DNA from: Gemmatimonadaceae bacterium
Lineage (GTDB): Bacteria; Gemmatimonadota; Gemmatimonadetes; Gemmatimonadales; Gemmatimonadaceae
Reading direction: 5' to 3'
Assembly: GCA_051859245.1 (NCBI GenBank)
Contig: JBHYGA010000001.1
Location: 1,149,722-1,213,721 of the forward strand
DNA: 64,000 bases
The notes beneath the pieces were generated by a model, which did no database searches, had not been told where the DNA came from, and was given only the letters and a program-made list of their open reading frames with translations. Shown here one piece after another: positions 9,872 through 18,964 of this stretch. Position 1 is the first letter of the stretch, and every line of letters starts with the position of its first letter. The position numbers were made by a program, and so were the translations under genes.

Positions 9872-10422
9872 CAGGCCGCGACTCCTGGCACAACGTAGCC
9901 GTCACTCTGACGCATCACGAGACGACGATGCCACAGTCGCGTGAGCTGCAACTCGGCATGATCCGTGGTGGCGCCAATGGAGCTTGCAACGTGCGGCGCC
10001 CATACGGGTCCCACGGTGCGCACCACATTCCAGGCGCGACGTTCGTCGTCATCCACCCGACCGAGCAGCTCGGGCCGACCGTCCCGATCCCACACCAATG
10101 CGAGTTCGCGGTGTTCAAGCACCGCTTCGACCGCATCCAGATGATCTTCGCGCATGCCGCGAAAGAATACGTACCGCGCTTCTTCGTGCGTAGTCGCCAC
10201 GTGCTGCAGCAGCAGCTTGGCCACGATCTCGTCGGCACACGAAAAATCAATCAGATTGACGTGTGAGAAGTCGATCGTGGTGATCGTGGGCGGCTGCCCC
10301 TCCGCGAGCAGGGCCTCAATGGCCGTGCGCACCGCCGCACCGGTGGGCCGCGTCACGAGATTCGAGTACAGCTCACAGACCGCGCCGCGCAATACGGTGC
10401 TCACATCGATGTGATGCATCAT
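9871..10422 (-). CDS. STAS-like (DUF4325-type) domain + probable C-terminal winged helix
   Basis: LVTRPTGAAVR...TIDFSHVNLIDFSCADEIV STAS-like segment. C-terminal APHVASSIG...LTRLWHRRLVMRQSDGY resembles HTH + wing. Confidence 0.62.
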   Translation of the reverse strand: MMHHIDVSTVLRGAVCELYSNLVTRPTGAAVRTAIEALLAEGQPPTITTIDFSHVNLIDFSCADEIVAKLLLQHVATTHEEARYVFFRGMREDHLDAVEAVLEHRELALVWDRDGRPELLGRVDDDERRAWNVVRTVGPVWAPHVASSIGATTDHAELQLTRLWHRRLVMRQSDGYVVPGVAA

Positions 10423-11354
10423 CGCGCGCGCTCCGCGGAGCGCGAACGGGCAGCCGACGGCGGATCTGAGGCCAGACGCTCCGGAATCATGATTTGCACC
10501 TGAGCACCGGGAAAGTATGGCAAGCGTTGTTGCAACGCTTCATCTTCGTCCCATTGCGGCACGAGCGCAATGCGTGCGGTACCACTTCGCACGGAAAGTT
10601 TGGTGTCCCAGCGCGCGCAGAAGCGTCGAATGCCGGCGAGGCCCTGGCCTCGACCCGCATCTCGCGTCTTGAAACGACTCATGGCGTGCAGCACCGCGGA
10701 TTCGAGTGCGCGCGCGTCACCCCAGCGATCATCACGTCGATGTGATGGGTCACTCTCGAGTGATTGCCGGAAGCCAACACCGGCATCACACACGGCGATC
10801 ACGACCACTCGACGGCCCAGTCGCTGGCGAAAATTGTAGGTCTGGACAGCGACCCATCCCCCGCGTCCCGCATGCTCCACAATGTTCTGACACGCTTCGC
10901 TCAGCATCATGCCAAAGCCCATCGTCGCGGCCGTCTCCAGCTTGAGCTGCCCATGCAGAATGTCGGCGGCCTTTTGCTGAATGCGTGTGACCACCGTGTG
11001 GACATCGTCGCTTTGGGTCACCGGTGTGATCTCCAGCAACACGTCCGAGTCGTGGCCGTCGCGCGGCCGCGGCACTTGGCCGTGCAGCGTGAACACATCG
11101 GCAGCGTGTCGAAAGAAACCGGTGCGTGCCCAGTACGACGCCGTGTCCGGATGCTCGGGTACCGCAAAATCGGCGCGTTCGGTCCGCGTCTGTGCAGCGC
11201 AGAGCAGGGCCGTGAGTCCGTACGGAGACGCCCAGCGTGCACGGCGTGCGTCAAACAGCACCTTCTGATCGGGGGGCAGCGGCGCAAGCTGCTCGACAAT
11301 CTGTTCGAACGATTGCTCATCGAGCGACGGTGGCACGTTGATCACAGTCGTCAC
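10419..11354 (-). CDS. STAS-like domain fused to a GHKL/HATPase_c domain (RsbW/SpoIIAB-like kinase)
   Basis: N-terminal VLFDARRARWASPYGLTALL; N box SEACQNIVEHAG, G1 CDAGVGF, G2 GRGQGLAGI. No HisKA domain. Confidence 0.75.
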   Translation of the reverse strand: MTTVINVPPSLDEQSFEQIVEQLAPLPPDQKVLFDARRARWASPYGLTALLCAAQTRTERADFAVPEHPDTASYWARTGFFRHAADVFTLHGQVPRPRDGHDSDVLLEITPVTQSDDVHTVVTRIQQKAADILHGQLKLETAATMGFGMMLSEACQNIVEHAGRGGWVAVQTYNFRQRLGRRVVVIAVCDAGVGFRQSLESDPSHRRDDRWGDARALESAVLHAMSRFKTRDAGRGQGLAGIRRFCARWDTKLSVRSGTARIALVPQWDEDEALQQRLPYFPGAQVQIMIPERLASDPPSAARSRSAERAR

Positions 11355-12373
11355 GAGATGTGCAGTTCTCCCCGAAGATAGGACGCGAGGCCGGTTGCCC
11401 CACGATGCTCCACGTTCCGCGCCGCCGCACGCGCGGCAGCGGCCATTGCTGTTTCCAAGTTATCACCGGAGAGCAGTCGCGAGAAATGGGTGGCGCCCCA
11501 CACATCACCACATCCCGTGGGATCACCGTCACCGTGCACGTTCGCCATCACGGCCGGAGCACGCGCCGTACGCAGCGCGCCAAGCGCGCTGCTGCCACCG
11601 CGCGGACCTGTCGCCAGCGCACTGCGCGGTGGAAGATCCGCAATCGAGTGAAAGCCCGGTGCGGCCACGTAAATCGATCCCTGACTGCCAAGCGTGACCG
11701 ACAGGCACGAGACGCCGGCGGCCATGGCCGTGGCCGCAAGCATCATCGGATCCGGTGCCATCATGGCCATCTCTTCTTCGTTCACCTGCAGCAAATCAAA
11801 GCAGGCGCACCACGCGGCAACATCGGGCAGTGGCCGTGGCACACGCAGCCCGTCGGGTTGCACCGCCATCACCAGCATGTGCAGATCGCAGTAGATCGGG
11901 CCGCTGAAATGCGCGCGCAGCAGCTGTGCGGTTTCGAGATCCAGCTCCCACCCGCTCAGGAAGTTCACGTAAAGCGCGTCAAGATTCGCAGACTCGAGCA
12001 ATGGCTTGAGGCCGAGCCATGTCCAGCCCGGTACACCGCCGCTGAGAAACTCGCTGCGCCGCTCCGCATCGTGATAGCGCAGTTCAACGCGATTGTTCGG
12101 GTACGGAACGGCCACGAGCGCGGCGTCAGGTGCGATGTGCCGGAGTCCGCGCACAAAATGTCGAGCGCGGTCGGCGAGGTCTTCGCCCACCTTGAGCAGC
12201 GGCACGATTTCCCACTCGTCGGAGAGCCCCGCGTCGAGCGCCGCCAGCGCGTATGTAATTCCGCCCCATTCCTCAATCGGCACGGCCCGTTTGTCTCGTC
12301 CGTGAATGACATCCCACACGAACGATCCAATAACGCCTACACGCTTCTTGCGAGTACGTTCGCCCGCGCTCAT
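11351..12373 (-). CDS. PfkB/ribokinase-family carbohydrate kinase
   Basis: N-terminal VGVIGSFVWD...WGGITY, QVNEEEM, VTLGSQG, C-terminal DPTGCGDVWGA anion-hole motif. Confidence 0.85.
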   Translation of the reverse strand: MSAGERTRKKRVGVIGSFVWDVIHGRDKRAVPIEEWGGITYALAALDAGLSDEWEIVPLLKVGEDLADRARHFVRGLRHIAPDAALVAVPYPNNRVELRYHDAERRSEFLSGGVPGWTWLGLKPLLESANLDALYVNFLSGWELDLETAQLLRAHFSGPIYCDLHMLVMAVQPDGLRVPRPLPDVAAWCACFDLLQVNEEEMAMMAPDPMMLAATAMAAGVSCLSVTLGSQGSIYVAAPGFHSIADLPPRSALATGPRGGSSALGALRTARAPAVMANVHGDGDPTGCGDVWGATHFSRLLSGDNLETAMAAAARAAARNVEHRGATGLASYLRGELHIS

Positions 12374-12401
12374 TCGACGACTCGCGCGTGACGCTGGCGC
12401 A

Positions 12402-13394
12402 TTACACGCCCGCCCACGCCTTGAAGATGGCCACTGCACCGGCCACACCGGCCGTACCGGGCAGCTCACCCGGCACGATGCGGCACACGGCCACGGCCGG
12501 CTTGAAGGCGCGACGTCGCACTTCGGCGCGCAACGGTTCAAAGAGTGCGTCACCAGCCTGCGTGACGCCGCCCGCAATCACCACCACTTCAGGATTGAAA
12601 ATGTTCAACAGGTTCGCAATGCCGGTGCCGAGGAAATGCGCGGTGTCACGCACGACATGACGCGCCAACTGATCACCGCGTTCAGCCGCTTCAAACACCG
12701 TCTGCGCGGTAATGCGATCGAGATCACCATGAACCATGGACGGCAGCAGCGACGTCTCGTCGCCGCCGAGCGCCTCGCGTGCGCGTACGGCTATCGCGGG
12801 ACCTGATGCGTACGCTTCGAGGCAGCCGTAGTTGCCGCATTTGCAACGCCGACCGTTGGCATCGATCGACGTATGCCCGAGTTCTCCGGCGATCCCCGAG
12901 GCACCGTGGTACAGCTGGCCATTGAGAATCAACCCGCCGCCAATGCCCGTGCCGATCGTCAATCCGATCGCGTGCTTCGAGCCGCGCGCGGCACCAATCC
13001 ACCACTCGCCAAGTGTTGCACAGTTCGCATCGTTGTCGAGCGCCGCCGGCAACTGCACCGCATCGGCCACCCGGTCACGCAGCGGGTAGTCGGTCCATCC
13101 GAGATTCGGCGTAATCAGCACAATGCCAGTTTCGCGATCCAGCGGGCCAGGCGCACCGATGCCAACACCCGCGAAGTCCGCCCGCGTGGCACCAGTGATG
13201 CTGATCGTGTCCGCGATGCAGTCTTCAATCAATCGGACAATGCGCGCGGTCACGCCGTCGGCGCCATCTTCTGCACGGGTGGGCTCGGATCGTACCGCGT
13301 GCATGGCGCTGCCATCGGCGCACATGGCGCCAACCACGATGTTTGTACCGCCGAGATCAACACCGAGAACGTACGTCGTGGTCGAAGCGGACAT
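12402..13394 (-). CDS. ROK-family sugar kinase (glucokinase-like)
   Basis: GVDLGGTN, LDNDANCATLGE, TIGTGIGGG, GELGH, CKCGNYGCLEAYAS zinc motif. No N-terminal HTH. Confidence 0.93.
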   Translation of the reverse strand: MSASTTTYVLGVDLGGTNIVVGAMCADGSAMHAVRSEPTRAEDGADGVTARIVRLIEDCIADTISITGATRADFAGVGIGAPGPLDRETGIVLITPNLGWTDYPLRDRVADAVQLPAALDNDANCATLGEWWIGAARGSKHAIGLTIGTGIGGGLILNGQLYHGASGIAGELGHTSIDANGRRCKCGNYGCLEAYASGPAIAVRAREALGGDETSLLPSMVHGDLDRITAQTVFEAAERGDQLARHVVRDTAHFLGTGIANLLNIFNPEVVVIAGGVTQAGDALFEPLRAEVRRRAFKPAVAVCRIVPGELPGTAGVAGAVAIFKAWAGV

Positions 13395-13428
13395 GAGGCA
13401 ATGGCAGAGGATGATTATCGAAAGATGG

Positions 13429-14505
13429 TCAGCGCGCCACGCGCATCACATCAGCGACCGCATCAACGACGCGTTCGACAGAGAGTTCACGCATGCACTT
13501 CCAGTGTTCCAGCGGACACGTTGCCGGTCCGTGCGCATGACATGGCCGACACGGCAACGCATCCAGACCGAGCGCCTCCGCGTGCGGTGCGAGCGGTCCG
13601 AATCCGAGCGCCAGCGTGGTCGGGCCGAACAAGGCAACGGTCGGAATGCCCATCGCACTGGCCAGATGCAACGGTAACGAATCGTTGGTGACAATCGCAC
13701 CGGCGCGCGCCAGCAGCGCCGCTGATGACAACAACGATAATCGTCCCGTGGCGTCGATCGGCAACGGGAGCCCAGCGGCCCGCGCCGCTTCTGACACATC
13801 GCGCGCAATCGCTCCGTCCGCGGCCGCGCCCACAATCACGACTCGCGCACTGGCCGTACGCGGGTCGCGCTGCAGTGCCACCGCCAGTGCCGGATAGTGC
13901 GGCCAGCGCTTGGTGGCCCACACGCTGCCCGGTGCGAGTACCAGCAGGGAGGAACCCGGCGCGATGCCGGCCGAACTCAGCAGCGATGCCGCCGCCGCGT
14001 GATCGCTCGAGGACGGATACAAGCGCGGATGCAGCGGCGCCGACGGGCGACTATCGTCGTCGTCCGTGGACGCCAGACTCCACAAACGCGTGGCGTGGTG
14101 TTGGTCGGCCTGATAGGGCACCGCCCTGGTATACAGCGCGCGTCCGGCCGATGTGGCGAACCCCACGCGCGACGGCACGCCAGCAACGGCCGCGAGCGTG
14201 GCGCTGCGCAGCGAGCCTTGTGCCATGTAGGCCACCTGCGCGCCGCGTGCCTCACCGTTGCTGCGAACGCGAATCGCGCGCGCGGTGCGCAACATGCCGC
14301 GCCAGCCGCGTGCGAGACCGCGCTTGTCGTACACAATGACATCGCGCACCGCCGGGTGTCCCGCCAGCAGCGGGGCCGACTGTGGTGTGGCCACCACGTC
14401 GACCGGGCCACGTTGTGCGAGACGATCAAGCAACGGCGTGGTGAGTACCATGTCGCCGAGGAAAGACGTCTGAATAACAAGCGCAGCCACGGGCGACGCG
14501 ATCAA
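13429..14505 (-). CDS. waaF: Glycosyltransferase family 9, LPS heptosyltransferase II-like
   Basis: [52 protein letters not shown]. Confidence 0.8.
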   Translation of the reverse strand: MIASPVAALVIQTSFLGDMVLTTPLLDRLAQRGPVDVVATPQSAPLLAGHPAVRDVIVYDKRGLARGWRGMLRTARAIRVRSNGEARGAQVAYMAQGSLRSATLAAVAGVPSRVGFATSAGRALYTRAVPYQADQHHATRLWSLASTDDDDSRPSAPLHPRLYPSSSDHAAAASLLSSAGIAPGSSLLVLAPGSVWATKRWPHYPALAVALQRDPRTASARVVIVGAAADGAIARDVSEAARAAGLPLPIDATGRLSLLSSAALLARAGAIVTNDSLPLHLASAMGIPTVALFGPTTLALGFGPLAPHAEALGLDALPCRPCHAHGPATCPLEHWKCMRELSVERVVDAVADVMRVAR

Positions 14506-16298
14506 TCCACCTGCAGGACGGCGAGGAACGCCTCCTGGGGAATCTCCACGCTGCCCACCTGCTTCATGCGCTTCTTACCTTCTTTCTGCTTCTCGAGCAG
14601 CTTGCGCTTGCGTGAAATGTCGCCGCCGTAACACTTGGCCAACACGTCCTTTCGCAGCGGTTTCACGGTTTCACGCGCAATGACTTTCTGTCCGATCGTG
14701 GCTTGAATCGCCACTTCAAAGAGCTGACGAGGAATCAGTTCCTTCAGCTTCTCGGCAACCTTGCGCCCCCACTCGTATGACTTGTCCGCGTGGGTAATCA
14801 CGGAGAACGCATCGATGGGCTCACCGTTGATGAGCATGTCCAGACGCACGAGCTTGCTCACCCGGTTTTCGATCAACTCGTAATCGAGCGATGCGTAACC
14901 GCGGCTGACACTCTTGAGTTTGTCGAAAAAGTCGAGGATGATTTCGCCGAGCGGAAACTCCCAGTCAAACTCAACGCGTGCCGTGTCCACGTACGTCATG
15001 TTCTTGTAGATGCCGCGACGATCATTGCCGAGCGTCATGATCGCGCCGATGTACTCGGACGGACACATGATGCGCGCCTTCACATACGGCTCTTCAATGC
15101 TCGAGATCGTGACGGCGGGCGGCATGAGCGCGGGGTTCTCCACGCTGATCGTGCTGCCATCCGTGAGATGCACCACGTATTCCACGCTCGGAACAGTGGT
15201 CACCAGATCGAGATCGTATTCGCGCTCCAGTCGTTCCTGCACAATTTCCATGTGCAACAAGCCAAGGAACCCGCAGCGGAAGCCGAAGCCGAGCGCCGTT
15301 GACGTTTCGGGCTCGTACTGCAGCGACGCGTCGTTGAGTTTCATTTTCTCAAGCGCATCGCGCAGCGTTTCGTACGCCTGTGTATCCGTGGGGAAAATGC
15401 CCGCGAACACGAAGCTGCGCACTTCGCGATATCCCGGCAACGCTTCTTCGGCGCGATTGGCCGCGTCAAAAATTGTATCGCCCGCACGTGTTTCGCGGAC
15501 GGATCGAACCGAAGCGATAACGTAGCCCACTTCGCCGGCGCCGAGCGATGGCACGGGCGTTTGTTTGGGCTGCAACGAACCAACTTCGGACACCTCGTAC
15601 ACATTGTCCGATGTGCCGAAGGTGATTTTCATGCCCTTCTTGATCACACCATCCACCACGCGAATCGATGGAATGGCGCCGCGGTACTTGTCGTAGTACG
15701 AATCGAAAATGAGCGCGCGCAGCGGACCGTCGAGATCACCCTTCGGCGGTGGCACTTTCTCGACCACACGCGCGAGCAGCTCCGGTACACCAACACCCTC
15801 TTTGGCACTCACAGAGAGCACATCTTCCGGAGCGCAGCCAATCAACTCCACAATCTCGGCACGACGACGTTCGGGTTCGGCGCCCGGCAGGTCGATCTTG
15901 TTGAGCACCGGAATGATTTCGAGACCCGCATCGAGGGCCAGAAACAGATTCGACAGCGTCTGCGCCTGAATGCCCTGCGAGGCGTCGACCACAAGAATTG
16001 CGCCTTCGCACGCGGCCAGCGAACGCGAGACTTCGTACGTGAAGTCCACGTGGCCCGGCGTGTCAATGAGATTCAACTCATACGCAATGCCATCGGCCGC
16101 GGTGTAGGCCATTCGCACGGCGTTGAGCTTGATCGTGATTCCGCGCTCGCGCTCAAGATCCAGGGTGTCGAGGATCTGCGCTTTCATTTCGCGTTTTTGC
16201 AGCGTGCCTGTGTGTTCGATCAGGCGGTCGGCCAGGGTGGACTTCCCGTGGTCGATGTGAGCGACAATACAAAAGTTGCGGATGCGATCGAGCTGCAC
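14502..16298 (-). CDS. lepA: Elongation factor 4 (LepA)
   Basis: [69 protein letters not shown]. Start taken at GTG 16298. Confidence 0.98.
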   Translation of the reverse strand: MQLDRIRNFCIVAHIDHGKSTLADRLIEHTGTLQKREMKAQILDTLDLERERGITIKLNAVRMAYTAADGIAYELNLIDTPGHVDFTYEVSRSLAACEGAILVVDASQGIQAQTLSNLFLALDAGLEIIPVLNKIDLPGAEPERRRAEIVELIGCAPEDVLSVSAKEGVGVPELLARVVEKVPPPKGDLDGPLRALIFDSYYDKYRGAIPSIRVVDGVIKKGMKITFGTSDNVYEVSEVGSLQPKQTPVPSLGAGEVGYVIASVRSVRETRAGDTIFDAANRAEEALPGYREVRSFVFAGIFPTDTQAYETLRDALEKMKLNDASLQYEPETSTALGFGFRCGFLGLLHMEIVQERLEREYDLDLVTTVPSVEYVVHLTDGSTISVENPALMPPAVTISSIEEPYVKARIMCPSEYIGAIMTLGNDRRGIYKNMTYVDTARVEFDWEFPLGEIILDFFDKLKSVSRGYASLDYELIENRVSKLVRLDMLINGEPIDAFSVITHADKSYEWGRKVAEKLKELIPRQLFEVAIQATIGQKVIARETVKPLRKDVLAKCYGGDISRKRKLLEKQKEGKKRMKQVGSVEIPQEAFLAVLQVD

Positions 16299-16403
16299 GG
16301 ACTCTTGGAGCGATGGGACAAGGTCAGAAATAAGGGAGCATTTCAGACCATCGGCGCCGCTCGCGGGCAGACGCACCGCGCAGGAGCCTAGCCTTGGAAA
16401 ACT

Positions 16404-16441
16404 AGTGGCCCCACCCGCAGAACCAAGCTGGTGGGGCCACT
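16404..16441 (-). terminator. Inverted repeat AGTGGCCCCACC...GGTGGGGCCACT, probable terminator of the upstream minus-strand gene
   Basis: 12-bp perfect stem followed by AGTTTT on the minus strand, 30 bp after the stop at 16472. Confidence 0.6.
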
Positions 16442-16471
16442 CTTATGAAGAAAGCGCGCCGGTGCGGACGC

Positions 16472-17863
16472 TTACAGACCCGGTGGAACGCGACCACTGC
16501 CGCCGCGCCCGCCGCCCGCCGAGCCGCCTCGCGCTTCACCAGACGCGCCGGCGCCGCCTGATCCGCCAACCTCGCTCGAGCCTCCACCAACGCCACCGCT
16601 GCTGGAGCCCATCCCGCCCATCGACGTGCCGACCCCACTTCTGGAGTCTCCACGGCTGCTCGGCGCGCGGCGAGAAATGCTCCCATTGGAGGTTTGCGCC
16701 CGACGCATCTGCGCATCAAGCTGCTCTGCGCTCAAACCGGTCACGCGCTGCAACGCCAACATCTGCAGCGCCGACGCGACATCCCGCCGCTGCAACAGAT
16801 CGTTCGCCGCCTCACGCGAAAGTTTGGTGTTGGCTACCGCATTCGCCGCGACGAGCGTGGTCACCTTGGCTTCGCGACGCTGCATCGCCGCAGGTGTGGC
16901 CGGGATGATGCCCACGCCATCCACCTTGTCATTTGGCTTGTCCGCCGGGCGATCCTTTGGCTTGTCCTTGGGGCCATTCAGGCTGTCCGCGGGCGGCATG
17001 TCAACTGGCACTGGCGGTGTGTTGAGCGCCACGATGAAGGGCCGCTGGAAACCCCAACCGTTGCAGCCGGCGCCGTAGCGATTCCACAAGCTGCGCGACG
17101 TGAAGCGACCAAACGAGGTGGTGCCGAAAGGCATGTAGTAGCTGCTGCCCATGTAGCCCCAGTACACATTGCTGCCGTTCATTCGGCTTCCCCAGCCGCC
17201 AACGCCGTAGAACTGATACGGGCCGTACACATCCCAGAGGAAGTCCATGAAGTCGGCTGAGGTCAGCCCACCGAGGCTGTATCCGCAATCGATCAACGCG
17301 CGCTGCGCAAAGGCCGAAAGCACCGGCGCGACACGGGTCTGCGCGACACTGTACGGCATTTCGGGGTCGCCGTAGATCAAAGTGGCCAGATCGCGGATCA
17401 CGTCATCCGCACTCTGGTCGTACTCCATGGCGAACTGGTAATCCCAGCGATTGCCGTCGCGCGTGAACTCGCTCAGGTCTGGCGCCATGTCGGAAGCAAA
17501 GGCAACCACCGTGGGGCGACGCGCCTGACTCACATTCACGAACATCACATCGGCGCTCGGCAGCGGCACCAGAAAGTTGCGAGAGGCGCGCACGAACGCT
17601 TTCTCGCGCGGCGACTCCGGGAAGACCACGCGGGCCCGCCCGTCGACACCGAGTTCAATCACGACCAGAAAGGCATCGCGATCGAGCCGGACACGTGCGG
17701 CCGCGCCCCACGCCGGGGAGCCTGGACCCATACCCGGATCCTGACGGATCTCAACCTTGGGAAAGCTTTGCGGCTGCGCCTGCGAGACGCTCGGAGCAGC
17801 CGAAGCCACCAAAAGCGCAGCGATGGCGAGCAGTCGGACGTTCATCGAGGGAGACAGTGCCAT
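16472..17863 (-). CDS. Secreted protein with a DUF4384-like domain, a Gly/aromatic-rich middle and a Gly/Ser-rich tail
   Basis: Signal peptide (LLAIAALLVASAAPSVSQA); VRLDRDAFLVVIELGVDGRARVVFP resembles DUF4384; low-complexity C-terminus. Confidence 0.65.
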   Translation of the reverse strand: MALSPSMNVRLLAIAALLVASAAPSVSQAQPQSFPKVEIRQDPGMGPGSPAWGAAARVRLDRDAFLVVIELGVDGRARVVFPESPREKAFVRASRNFLVPLPSADVMFVNVSQARRPTVVAFASDMAPDLSEFTRDGNRWDYQFAMEYDQSADDVIRDLATLIYGDPEMPYSVAQTRVAPVLSAFAQRALIDCGYSLGGLTSADFMDFLWDVYGPYQFYGVGGWGSRMNGSNVYWGYMGSSYYMPFGTTSFGRFTSRSLWNRYGAGCNGWGFQRPFIVALNTPPVPVDMPPADSLNGPKDKPKDRPADKPNDKVDGVGIIPATPAAMQRREAKVTTLVAANAVANTKLSREAANDLLQRRDVASALQMLALQRVTGLSAEQLDAQMRRAQTSNGSISRRAPSSRGDSRSGVGTSMGGMGSSSGGVGGGSSEVGGSGGAGASGEARGGSAGGGRGGSGRVPPGL

Positions 17864-18049
17864 GACTCGGACCTCAGGCGGGAGATGCAGCCGCGCGGGA
17901 ACATTTGCTCGCGCGTGATAAGGGGAACTTAGGAGAATACACTGGGTGCCGGGAGTTGATCCCGATTTCGTGCGTTTCGACACAGAATTCAGCCAAGGTG
18001 GCACGGTCCCTTGGTGTACGCGGTACAGGTCGCCACTATTCCCGTCCTC

Positions 18050-18964
18050 ATGCCCGCCTCTCGCGCCGACTTACTCGATCCCTCCGCGCTCGCTGCCCTC
18101 GGTCACCTCGAGCTGGTCGCGCGTTGGGTCGTGGACGGATTCCTCACCGGTCTCCACCGCTCGCCGCGCAAGGGGTTCTCCGTGGAGTTTGCGGAACATC
18201 GTCCCTATCAGCCGGGCGATGATCTGCGCTACCTCGACTGGCGCATCGCCGCCCGTGCCGACCGGTGGGTGGTCAAGCAGTTCGAAGAAGAGACGAACAC
18301 GCGCGCCATGCTGGTGCTCGATGTCAGCGCCTCCATGCGCTGGACCGGTGACTCGGCACGACTCACCAAACTCGCCTACGCCGAGCATCTGCTCGGCGCC
18401 CTCGGCTTGCTGTTGCTCCGTCAGCGTGATGCCGTCGGGCTCGTGCGGGCCGACGACAGTTTGCGGTCGGTGGTCACGCCGTCCACGCGCACCGGCCAAT
18501 GGTTTCGCCTGGCCGCGGCGTTGGCGCAACCTGGCGGTGGCACCGGTACAGACCTCGTGCCCGCGCTTTCGCAGGCCGCGCATCTGGTGCGGCGACCCGG
18601 ATTTGTTGTGCTTGTCTCGGACTTGCTGGTGGACCCTGCGCCTGTCATCGATCAACTGCGCACGGTGCGCGCGCGGGGGCACGAAGTGCTGGTGCTGCAT
18701 GTGCTTGATCCCGTGGAGCGAGACTTTCCCGAGGGTGCAGAAGCGGTGTTCACCGATCCGGAATCAGGCGCTGCGGTGGCGGCAACACCGGGAGAGATTC
18801 GCGCCGAGTATCAGGACACGGTGCGACAGGCGCTCGATGAGTGGCGCACCGGTTTGCTGCAGGTCGGCGCGCGGTACGCGCTCGCCATGACGGACCAACC
18901 GTTTGGACAGGCGCTGCGCGCTCTGGTACGCGCCACGGGCCGCGGCGGGATGCCGATCGCGTGA
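18050..18964 (+). CDS. DUF58 (vWA-like) protein, MoxR-associated
   Basis: GLHRSPRKGFSVEFAEHRPYQPGDDLRYLDWR, KQFEEET, LDVSASM, LVSD. Confidence 0.93.
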   Translation: MPASRADLLDPSALAALGHLELVARWVVDGFLTGLHRSPRKGFSVEFAEHRPYQPGDDLRYLDWRIAARADRWVVKQFEEETNTRAMLVLDVSASMRWTGDSARLTKLAYAEHLLGALGLLLLRQRDAVGLVRADDSLRSVVTPSTRTGQWFRLAAALAQPGGGTGTDLVPALSQAAHLVRRPGFVVLVSDLLVDPAPVIDQLRTVRARGHEVLVLHVLDPVERDFPEGAEAVFTDPESGAAVAATPGEIRAEYQDTVRQALDEWRTGLLQVGARYALAMTDQPFGQALRALVRATGRGGMPIA

